Shown: piece after piece, positions 29,774 to 36,971 of the stretch
How the letters are laid out: each line of letters opens with the position of its first letter
Numbering within the stretch: the stretch's first letter is position 1
Assembly (NCBI GenBank): GCA_001657385.1
Contig: LYSZ01000010.1
Span: 32,394-96,393 of the forward strand
Source of the DNA: Parvularcula sp. BBD 1991-13
Lineage (GTDB): Bacteria; Pseudomonadota; Alphaproteobacteria; Caulobacterales; Parvularculaceae
Direction: 5' to 3'
Length of the DNA: 64,000 nucleotides
The notes under the pieces: generated by a model
Database searches by the model: none
What the model saw: the letters and a program-made list of their open reading frames with translations, nothing else
What the model was told of the DNA's origin: nothing
Translations under genes and position numbers: made by a program

Positions 29774-31129
29774 ATGGGTTTGAACAAGAACGGCGTTATT
29801 CGAATCGGCGTTGCGATGTTGGTCGCGCTGGCCTTGGCGGCGTGCGCCACGCCGAGCGGGACGTCCGGTCCTGTCGTCTCCCGTCCCGACGTCAATCCGC
29901 CGCCGCAGACCCTGCCGCAGGACCTGGACGCGCCGGGCGAGGCGGAAAGCTACGATCCGCGGGGCTTCGTCAATCCTCCCCACATGGAGAGCGAGCCGGT
30001 GCGCGTCGGCCTCCTGCTGCCGTTCACCGCCGGCAGCGACGCGGCGCAAAAAATCGCCGCCGCCATGTTCGACGCCGCGCAGCTTGCGGTGTTCGACGCC
30101 GGCGACCGGCGCTTCCTGCTGATCCCGAAAGACACCAAGGGCAATCCCGAGGGCGCGGCTGCGGCGGCGCGTTCGGCGCTGGCGGACGGCGCGGAAATCA
30201 TCCTCGGCCCGCTCTTTTCCGAATCCGTGGAGGCGGCCGCGCGCGTCACCCGCGCCGCCGATGCGCCGATGATCGCCTTTTCCTCCGACCTCGAAGCCGG
30301 CGGCGACGGGGTTTACCTGCTCAGCTTCCCGCCGGAGCTAGAGATCGAGCGCGTCACCGAATTCGCCGTGACCCGGGAGATGACCCGCTTCGGCGTGCTC
30401 GCGCCCCTCACCGAATACGGCGCGCGGGTTTCCGACGCCTTCGCGGAGGAGGTTTTCGTGCGCGGCGGCGTGATCGTGCATGAGGAGCGGTACCTGCAGG
30501 AGCCCGACGCGATGCTGCAGCCGGCGGAACGGCTCGCGAAGTACTCCAAGGAAATCATTCCGCTGGAAATGCGCCACGAATTCGACCGCAACAATGCCGA
30601 CCCGGACCGGCTGACCCCCGGCGAGGCGGGCCAGGACGGGTTCACCCTCGGCTACCAGGCGGTGCTGATGCCGGAACAGGGAACGCTCCTGCGCGCGTTG
30701 GCGCCGCTCCTGCCCTACTACAATGTGGACATCAACCGCATCAAGCTGCTCGGCGTGTCGTCCTGGAACAACCCGCGCCTGACGCGCGAGCCCGCCTTGC
30801 GGGGCGGCTGGTTCGCCGCGCCGGACCCGGAGATTACGCGCAATTTCGAGAACCGTTTCGCCGGGGCGTTCGGCGCGCCGCCGCCGCGGCTTGCCTCCCT
30901 CGCCTACGATGCGACGCTGCTGTCGGCGCGGCTCGCCCGCGAGCCCCGCGAGCGTCAGCGCTTCTCTGCGTCGGCCATCACCGATCCGAACGGCTATTTC
31001 GGCGCGGACGGCCTGTTCCGGCTCAACGCGGACGGGTCGGTGGAGCGCGGTCTTGCGATTCTCGAGATTCAGCCGGGCGGCATTCAGGTCGTCGACCCCG
31101 CGCCGCGCAGCTTTACCGCCGGGTATTAG
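29774..31129 (+). CDS. Penicillin-binding protein activator LpoA/LppC-like lipoprotein
   Basis: Lipobox LAAC, VGLLLPFT, IILGPLFS, LASLAYDA, GADGLFRL; divergent from rsmI as usual. Confidence 0.85.
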   Translation: MGLNKNGVIRIGVAMLVALALAACATPSGTSGPVVSRPDVNPPPQTLPQDLDAPGEAESYDPRGFVNPPHMESEPVRVGLLLPFTAGSDAAQKIAAAMFDAAQLAVFDAGDRRFLLIPKDTKGNPEGAAAAARSALADGAEIILGPLFSESVEAAARVTRAADAPMIAFSSDLEAGGDGVYLLSFPPELEIERVTEFAVTREMTRFGVLAPLTEYGARVSDAFAEEVFVRGGVIVHEERYLQEPDAMLQPAERLAKYSKEIIPLEMRHEFDRNNADPDRLTPGEAGQDGFTLGYQAVLMPEQGTLLRALAPLLPYYNVDINRIKLLGVSSWNNPRLTREPALRGGWFAAPDPEITRNFENRFAGAFGAPPPRLASLAYDATLLSARLAREPRERQRFSASAITDPNGYFGADGLFRLNADGSVERGLAILEIQPGGIQVVDPAPRSFTAGY

Positions 31130-31150
31130 AGCCGGCGTGAAGGAGATTTT

Positions 31151-31921
31151 TTGATGCGGACCAGGACGATGGCGGCGGTTTTCGTTTCAGCCTGCGCGGC
31201 GGCGGCGGCGGCGCTGGGCGCGCTCGCCGCGGCCGAGGACGCGCCCGCAGACCCGTCCCGGCGGGCGGCGATGGACCTTCTCGTCATGGAAGCGTCGCAT
31301 GCGGAGCAGTATGCCGGCATGCGCTTCGCCTTCACCCTCGATTTCTCCCAGACCCAGAACGGCCAGGAAGCGGCCTTCACCGTGAGTTACGATCCGCGCC
31401 GGGAGAAAGGCGCGCAATGGGCGCTGGAGGGGACGAGCCTCGATGCGCTCGACGACCACGCCCGCAAGGCGTTCGAAAGTCTTCAGGCGTCGAAGCGGGG
31501 CGATGACGGCATCGTCTACGACCGGCTCGGCGAAAACCTGACCCAGGACAATCTCGACAGGTTCGTCCTGGAATCGGAGACGGCGACCGAAGCGGTCTTT
31601 GTCGGGCCGCTGATCGGCGGCGACGCGCCGGAAGGCGTTCTCACCATGGCGATCACCTTCGACAAGACGCGCGATTACATATCCCGCCTTGACGTCCGGA
31701 TGGTGGATGCGTTCAAACCCACCCCCATGGTGAAGGTGAAATCGCTTGAGCAGAGCCAGTTCTTTTCTCCGCCTGCTGACGAGAACGCGCCGGCGCTGTT
31801 GCGCCTGTCGGAGAACGTCACCACTGGCGACGCCATGTTCCGGAAGTTTTCCAGCGACACCCGGCTCGCCTATTCCGACATCAGGGTGGTGGAGGTTCCC
31901 GACCCCTCCGCCGGGGACTGA
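31151..31921 (+). CDS. Hypothetical secreted protein
   Basis: Signal peptide, 256 aa, host-like codon usage; no family recognised. Confidence 0.7.
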   Translation: MMRTRTMAAVFVSACAAAAAALGALAAAEDAPADPSRRAAMDLLVMEASHAEQYAGMRFAFTLDFSQTQNGQEAAFTVSYDPRREKGAQWALEGTSLDALDDHARKAFESLQASKRGDDGIVYDRLGENLTQDNLDRFVLESETATEAVFVGPLIGGDAPEGVLTMAITFDKTRDYISRLDVRMVDAFKPTPMVKVKSLEQSQFFSPPADENAPALLRLSENVTTGDAMFRKFSSDTRLAYSDIRVVEVPDPSAGD

Positions 31922-31928
31922 GCCCGCC

Positions 31929-33041
31929 CTACAACAATTCGCAGAGCACGGCGTTCAACAGCCGCCGTCCGCGCGTCGTGGCGGCGAGCCGGCGCCCGTC
32001 CCATGACAAAAGGCCGTCGGCGATGAGGCGGTCGAGCCTTTCCCGGGCGCCGTTCCGGCTGAAAAACGGGTCTTTTTCGTCAAGGGGCATGCCCTCATGC
32101 AGGCGCAGGCCGAAGGAAAAGCGCTCCACGGTCTGATCGTCCTCGCTCAGCGGCGTTTGCGTCGGCGTCCAGTCCGCCGCCAGATAATCCTGCGGGCGCC
32201 GCGGCGTTTGCGTCGCCAGCCTTGCGCCGCCGGACGAGACCCGTCCATGGGCGCCGGGGCCGACGCCGATGTAATCCTGATACGTCCAGTAAAGGCGGTT
32301 GTGACGCGACTGCGCGCCCGGCGCGGCGTGGTTGGAAATTTCGTAAGCGGGCAGGCCCGCCGCCGCCGTCATCTCCTGCGACAGGTCGAACGCATCGGCG
32401 CAGAGCGCATCGTCGGCGGGCGTCCAGCGGCCGGCGGCGACCTGCGCGTCGAAGGCCGTGCCGGGCTCGATGGTGAGTTGGTAGAGGGAGAGATGGCTCA
32501 CGCCGAGGGCGAGGGCCTCGCCCAGCTCCGCGCGCCAGTCGTCCAGCGACTGGTCCGGGCGGGCGTAGATGAGATCGAACGTGGTCCGTTCAAAGACCGT
32601 CCCCGCGGTTGCGATCGCACGGCGCGCGCCGTCGGCGGCGTGGTTGCGGCCGAGGAACGCCAGCGCCTCGTCGCGCAGGGACTGTACGCCCAGCGACAGC
32701 CGGTTCACGCCCGCCGCCGCCAGGTCCGCGAAGCGCGCGCGCTCCGCGTCGGTCGGATTCGCCTCGATGGTGATCTCCGGGTTGCGATCAAAGCCCCACA
32801 GGCGCGCGCAGGCGTCGATCACCCTTTCGACCAGCCGGACCGGCGCCAGCGAGGGCGTTCCGCCGCCGAAATAAAGACTGTCGAGCCTGCGGTTCGGGGT
32901 TCTCGCCGCCCAGTACCCAAGATCGCGCAGGAGCGCGTTCGCCCACGCCTCTTCGTCGACGGCGCGGGTCTTGTAGACGTTGAAATCGCAATAGGGGCAG
33001 ATCCGGGCGCAATAGGGCCAATGGACGTAAACGCCGAGCAA
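31929..33041 (-). CDS. hemW: Radical SAM heme chaperone HemW
   Basis: GVYVHWPYCARICPYCDFN, YFGGGTPS, EANP, NRLSLGVQS, YEISN; TTG start lacks the usual N-terminal leader residues. Confidence 0.93.
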   Translation of the reverse strand: MLGVYVHWPYCARICPYCDFNVYKTRAVDEEAWANALLRDLGYWAARTPNRRLDSLYFGGGTPSLAPVRLVERVIDACARLWGFDRNPEITIEANPTDAERARFADLAAAGVNRLSLGVQSLRDEALAFLGRNHAADGARRAIATAGTVFERTTFDLIYARPDQSLDDWRAELGEALALGVSHLSLYQLTIEPGTAFDAQVAAGRWTPADDALCADAFDLSQEMTAAAGLPAYEISNHAAPGAQSRHNRLYWTYQDYIGVGPGAHGRVSSGGARLATQTPRRPQDYLAADWTPTQTPLSEDDQTVERFSFGLRLHEGMPLDEKDPFFSRNGARERLDRLIADGLLSWDGRRLAATTRGRRLLNAVLCELL

Positions 33042-33049
33042 CGGATGTC

Positions 33050-33514
33050 TTAGTAGAGCGGGAGCGGCTGCTGGGCCGAGGCCGCCACAGGTTGAGCGTT
33101 CTTGAACGTATCGGTGAGATAGTCGAGCACCGGCGAAAATACATCCAGCTTAAGGGTGTCTTTCATTTCATCCAGCGTCACCCATTTGACTTCTGCTATT
33201 TTGTGCTTTTCGACCGGTTCGCCTTCGCCGCGACGGTGCTGACAGAAAAAGTAGTCGATCTTGTGCTTCGTATGCGGATGGATGCGCCGGCCGAGGCGGC
33301 GCAGGGGTTTGCATTCGATATTGGCTTCTTCGAAAACTTCGCGCTTGGTGGCCGCCTTGCTGTTTTCGTGGGGCTCCACCTTGCCGCCGGGGAAGGCCCA
33401 GACAAGATCGCCTTCCGGATTGGCCCGCTTGATGAGCAACACCTTGTCTCCGCGCACGACGACGGCGAGCGCGACAAGAGGCTCCGGAGTCCGGTTGTGT
33501 TCAGCTCTGGCCAT
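33050..33514 (-). CDS. NUDIX hydrolase (soluble, near-canonical Nudix box)
   Basis: GKVEPHENSKAATKREVFEEANI; lower GC than flanks. Confidence 0.88.
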   Translation of the reverse strand: MARAEHNRTPEPLVALAVVVRGDKVLLIKRANPEGDLVWAFPGGKVEPHENSKAATKREVFEEANIECKPLRRLGRRIHPHTKHKIDYFFCQHRRGEGEPVEKHKIAEVKWVTLDEMKDTLKLDVFSPVLDYLTDTFKNAQPVAASAQQPLPLY

Positions 33515-33532
33515 GAATCAACAGATATACGC

Positions 33533-34087
33533 TTAAGAAGCGATGGTTTCAAGATAATCGGCGACTTTGGCGTCCAGATCCGTAGATATCATGGACTTTA
33601 CGTCTCCGGCGTTAACCCAGGCGACATCGTCATTTTCATCACGATCAAGGTTTTTAGCCTCACCTTCGAGGTAGCGGCAAGCAAAATAGTGGACATAGGC
33701 GCCGGTATCGGGATGCGTTCTCTTGCTCAGTTCCGTATCGACTTCGCAGCGGATATTGGTTTCCTTAAACACTTCCTTAACGACCTCCGCGGCCGGAACT
33801 TCACCGGGACGCACGCCGCCGGAGGGAAACTGCCACGACAGCTTCTCTCCCTTGGGGCGCCGCTTGACCATGAGCACCTGGCCGCGCCTAGCGACCACCG
33901 CCGCCGCGACCACGAGGCTCGCCGACCTGGCGACGTCTTTCCGCGTGGGCGGCGGCGCGTCCGTCGATGGCACCGGAGCGGCGGCTGTTCGCCTCCTCGC
34001 CGAGAAATAGACCCTGTAGACCCACATGCCTCCCGCGCCCGTTGTCGCCAGAATTGTTGCGATCGCGGCAAGGCTCGCCAAGTCCAT
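33533..34087 (-). CDS. NUDIX-fold protein with N-terminal membrane anchor and degenerate Nudix box
   Basis: Hydrophobic LAAIATILATTGAGGMWVYRVYF then GGVRPGEVPAAEVVKEVFKETNI. Confidence 0.85.
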   Translation of the reverse strand: MDLASLAAIATILATTGAGGMWVYRVYFSARRRTAAAPVPSTDAPPPTRKDVARSASLVVAAAVVARRGQVLMVKRRPKGEKLSWQFPSGGVRPGEVPAAEVVKEVFKETNIRCEVDTELSKRTHPDTGAYVHYFACRYLEGEAKNLDRDENDDVAWVNAGDVKSMISTDLDAKVADYLETIAS

Positions 34088-34123
34088 CAGGCTGTCTCCG
34101 ACTTGTTTGTGACTTCAAATTGT

Positions 34124-34171
34124 TTTGAAAAGGCAAAAGACGCGGTTGTCAATCTTGCAGGAAATGCAAGA
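34124..34171 (-). promoter_or_regulatory. Putative promoter (TTGACA) with adjacent palindrome TCTTGCA-N5-TGCAAGA for the Nudix pair
   Basis: TTGACA on minus strand at 34152-34147; perfect inverted repeat 34153-34171; -10 element not clear. Confidence 0.5.
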
Positions 34172-34228
34172 TGAAAAAGGCTGTCTTCTATATTTATACA
34201 GCCCTGAAGAACCGGCGCGTCAGGATCC

Positions 34229-34270
34229 TCAAAGCGCGCCCGCGCCCATGGGATCGTCGCGCGCGATCAT
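34229..34270 (-). pseudogene. Probable stranded 5' fragment of hemW ([13 protein letters not shown])
   Basis: ATG overlaps the rdgB stop (ATGA); the peptide joins in register to GVYVHWP of hemW. Confidence 0.5.
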
Positions 34271-34869
34271 CGATCAAGACATGCTTTCTTCAGCTTACGG
34301 AAGGCGTCGGCGCGGTGGGACATGGCGTGCTTGCGCGCCGGCTCCATCTCCCCGAACGTCGTCTCGAAGCCGTCGGGGACGAATATCGGGTCGTAGCCGA
34401 ACCCCCTGTCGCCGCGCGGCGGGAAGACCAGGCGTCCGCGCGCCTCGCCTTCGAACACGATGTCCTCGCCGTCCGGCCAGGCAAGGCAAAGGACGCATAT
34501 GAAGCGGGCCGCGTAATCGGTCGCGCCTTTCGCCTTCAGCGCCGCCTTGACCTTGTCCATGGCCCGGCCGAAATCGCGGGGCTCGCCCGCCCAGCGGGCG
34601 GAGTAAACGCCCGGATCGCCGCCGAGCGCGTCCACCGAAAGGCCGGAATCGTCGGCCAGCGCCGGCAGGTCCGCCCCGTCCGCCGACGCCCGCGCCTTGA
34701 GGCGGGCGTTCGCCTCGAAGGTCGTTCCGGTCTCTTCCGGGTCGGGCAGGCCCAGCGCCGCCGCGGCGACCGGCGCGATCCCGAAGGGTTCCACCAGCTC
34801 CTTGATTTCCCTGATCTTTCCTTCGTTGTGCGAGGCGATGACCAGCCTTCCCGGCGCCAGTTTTCGCAT
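34267..34869 (-). CDS. rdgB: dITP/XTP pyrophosphatase RdgB
   Basis: [46 protein letters not shown]; RBS GGAGGG before ATG 34869. Confidence 0.96.
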   Translation of the reverse strand: MRKLAPGRLVIASHNEGKIREIKELVEPFGIAPVAAAALGLPDPEETGTTFEANARLKARASADGADLPALADDSGLSVDALGGDPGVYSARWAGEPRDFGRAMDKVKAALKAKGATDYAARFICVLCLAWPDGEDIVFEGEARGRLVFPPRGDRGFGYDPIFVPDGFETTFGEMEPARKHAMSHRADAFRKLKKACLDR

Positions 34870-34906
34870 CCCTCCAGCCATGGTTTTATCCCTTTTCGAA
34901 AAAAAA

Positions 34907-34971
34907 TTATCGTTTTTCGGCAAAAACCGCTTTACATCGTTTTTCGATAAGGCTATATCGAAAATCAACAA
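34907..34971 (+). promoter_or_regulatory. Sigma70 promoter (TTTACA-17-TATATC, GCTATATC) with three (A/T)(T/C)ATCG-N5-C(G/A)(A/G)(T/C)AA operator-like sites
   Basis: -35 at 34931-36, -10 at 34954-59; sites at 34907-23, 34934-50, 34955-71. Confidence 0.6.
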
Positions 34972-35160
34972 GACGGCGGATCAACCGCTGCACGGACAAC
35001 CCGGTCAAAAGATCTCGCAGGAAGCCTGCGCAAGAGGCGATAGACCGGGACGGCCGCAGGCGAAAGACCTGAACCCGGATCAGCATGAGTTCGCGCATAA
35101 GCGGACAAAAATATAAACGAGTAAAAAAATGAGCGGCAGGGAAATCCCTAACCGCTCAAG
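34965..35160 (+). ncRNA. Candidate structured 5' leader or sRNA
   Basis: Nested stems 35000-06/35043-49, 35016-21/35025-30, 35057-60/35068-71, 35130-36/35152-58. Confidence 0.4.
35123..35158 (-). terminator. Intrinsic terminator-like hairpin with U-tract on the minus strand
   Basis: TGAGCGG..GGGA-A-ATCCC..CCGCTCA preceded by A7 on the plus strand. Confidence 0.55.
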
Positions 35161-35214
35161 AAAATCAGAATGAGTTGCGTCAGATCAACACGTCAAAAGA
35201 AAAGGAGAAACACC

Positions 35215-35349
35215 ATGCGTCACCAACACTCGAACGATAGCTTTGGAAATTTCGCCGGTCTTGTCAATAGCCTGATTGCTTTCGCCGCCGTAACCGTCAT
35301 TGGCGCGGGCTACCTTTCGGCTCTTGGCGCCTTTGCGGGGATCGCCTGA
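35215..35349 (+). CDS. Small hydrophobic protein, 44 aa (MRHQHSNDSFGNFAGLVNSLIAFAAVTVIGAGYLSALGAFAGIA)
   Basis: Strong RBS AAGGAGA before ATG, one TM-like segment, TGATG coupling to next ORF; below the ORF track cutoff. Confidence 0.7.
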   Translation: MRHQHSNDSFGNFAGLVNSLIAFAAVTVIGAGYLSALGAFAGIA

Positions 35350-35498
35350 TGTCGAAACTTGCACAGATCGGGGCCGCGGCGGCGTTCGCGGCCCTGGCGG
35401 CGGCGAGCCTCGTCGGTTTCGCCGGCGCCGCGTCCGAGACCCCCGCCGCCGGCGCCGCGCGGTGCGAGCCCGGCGCCTGTTTCATCGCCATCTTTTAG
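35349..35498 (+). CDS. Small signal-peptide protein, 49 aa (MSKLAQIGAAAAFAALAAASLVGFAGAASETPAAGAARCEPGACFIAIF)
   Basis: ATG overlaps upstream stop; GC3-rich codons; signal-like N-terminus and C-terminal CxxxxC. Confidence 0.62.
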   Translation: MSKLAQIGAAAAFAALAAASLVGFAGAASETPAAGAARCEPGACFIAIF

Positions 35499-35558
35499 CC
35501 GCGGCCGGCTCTGGACTTTGGGCGCGGCTGCGCTGACGAAAGGAAACGGGAGGGATTG

Positions 35559-36077
35559 ATGCGCGCAATCGGCAAGGGGTCGCTGTCATCCATACTGGCC
35601 GCCGGCCTTCACATCACCCGGATCATCCTCTGGGTCGGGTTCATCGGCCTGTCGGTCGCGATGGTGGTCATTCCGTTTCTGTCGGGCATCCTCGCCCTGG
35701 CGGAAAGCGCTTCGGGCGGCGCGGTCAACGCCGATATCGACGTCGAGCCCGGCGACTATATCGAGGTCTCCCATCATTTCGTCACCTTCGCGGTGATGCT
35801 GTTCGTGGTGAACCGCTTGCTTGAGATTCTCAAAACCCTGCGGTTCGGCGCCCCGTTCGTGAAGGAAAACGCGGACCGCTTCCGCGGGGTCGGCTACGCG
35901 CTCCTCATCGGCGAGGGCGCGAAGATCGCCTTCGGTTTTCTCTCGCTGGTGAACAACGCCGATACCGGCATCGACACCAGCGTTATCTCGTGGCTGTCGA
36001 TCATCGCCGTCTTCGTGCTGGCCGAGGTCTTCCGGGAGGGCGCGCGCATGAAGGAGGAACAGGACCTGACCGTCTGA
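35559..36077 (+). CDS. DUF2975-like membrane protein
   Basis: PFVKENADRF, VLAEVFREGARMKEEQDLTV C-terminus; RBS GGGAGG. Confidence 0.85.
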   Translation: MRAIGKGSLSSILAAGLHITRIILWVGFIGLSVAMVVIPFLSGILALAESASGGAVNADIDVEPGDYIEVSHHFVTFAVMLFVVNRLLEILKTLRFGAPFVKENADRFRGVGYALLIGEGAKIAFGFLSLVNNADTGIDTSVISWLSIIAVFVLAEVFREGARMKEEQDLTV

Positions 36078-36081
36078 CCCC

Positions 36082-36648
36082 ATGGCCGTTTTACCGCTCA
36101 TAGATTTGTTCAAACACGAGGCCCTGCCCGACTGGCGCACCCGCGCCTTCTGGTTCGGCACGCGCCCCACCCTGGCCATGCCGGCGCTGATGATCGGCGT
36201 CGTGTCTTGCCTTTATGTCCTTATCCTGACCAAGCTCGCCGCCGCGCTGCTGTTCTATGCATGGCCCGGGGACGGGGCGCGGTCGCTGGCGCTCGTTCTG
36301 GAGGACGAAATTCCGAACGGGTGGCTGATCGCCAAGGAGACGGCGCTTTACGCCGCCTGCGTTTTCATCGGCGAGAACGCGGCGCGCGCCGCCCTCGACA
36401 TCGCGGCGCTCAAGCCTTTCAGCGACATCAACGCAAAACGGTTCATGCGCGCCGCGGCGGGCGCGGGCGCGGCGGTGGGCTTTCAGTTCTGCGCGCGCCT
36501 CGCCGAGCGGGCGCTGGGCCTGCCCGAGGTCGGCGTCGGCGGCGCAATGGCCGTTTTCGCGGTTCTGACGGGGGCGATCTTCGTCAGCCTCAGCCTGGCT
36601 TTCGCGCAGGGCGCGGAATTGAAAAAAGAACAGGACCTGACGGTCTGA
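36082..36648 (+). CDS. Second DUF2975-like membrane protein
   Basis: PFSDINAKRF, LSLAFAQGAELKKEQDLTV; same C-terminal motif as upstream gene. Confidence 0.78.
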   Translation: MAVLPLIDLFKHEALPDWRTRAFWFGTRPTLAMPALMIGVVSCLYVLILTKLAAALLFYAWPGDGARSLALVLEDEIPNGWLIAKETALYAACVFIGENAARAALDIAALKPFSDINAKRFMRAAAGAGAAVGFQFCARLAERALGLPEVGVGGAMAVFAVLTGAIFVSLSLAFAQGAELKKEQDLTV

Positions 36649-36854
36649 TGGCGATTTCCGTCAAGCTGGACCGCGTTCTTCTGGACAAGGGCATGTCGCT
36701 GACCGAGCTGTCGGAGCGCGTCGGCGTGACCATCGCCAATCTGTCCATTCTCAAGACCGGCAAGGCCAAGGCGATCCGTTTTTCCACCCTGGAGGCGATC
36801 TGCCGGGAGCTTGACTGTCAGCCCGGGGACATTCTCTTTTTCGACGACGGCTAG
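36648..36854 (+). CDS. XRE/Cro HTH transcriptional regulator (YozG-like)
   Basis: MSLTELSERVGVTIANLSILKTGKAKAIRFSTLEAICRELDCQPGDIL; TGATG coupled. Confidence 0.93.
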   Translation: MAISVKLDRVLLDKGMSLTELSERVGVTIANLSILKTGKAKAIRFSTLEAICRELDCQPGDILFFDDG

Positions 36855-36971
36855 AGCCAATTGCGGTCAACGCGGTTCGCCATTGACGCTGGTCCCCATT
36901 AGCTCCGGCTTCTCAAGCGGCGCTCGCCCGCGAACGGCGACACCGGCGATCCGCGTTCGCCGCAACCTGCT

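Noticed and set aside
33042-34228. IS or prophage remnant carrying the Nudix genes
   Set aside because: No transposase, integrase, terminal inverted repeats or att duplication longer than 3 bp seen
34907-35098. 63-aa minus-strand ORF upstream of rdgB
   Set aside because: Atypical codon usage, overlaps the promoter and structured leader, and no RBS
34985-35105. TPP or c-di-GMP-I riboswitch
   Set aside because: ACCTGA..CCGGATC and GCAA/GAAA words are present but the core motifs (CTGAGA; GGCAAAC..GGGACGCAAAGC) are absent
35215-35349. Flp/type IV pilin
   Set aside because: No prepilin G|xxxxEY cleavage motif
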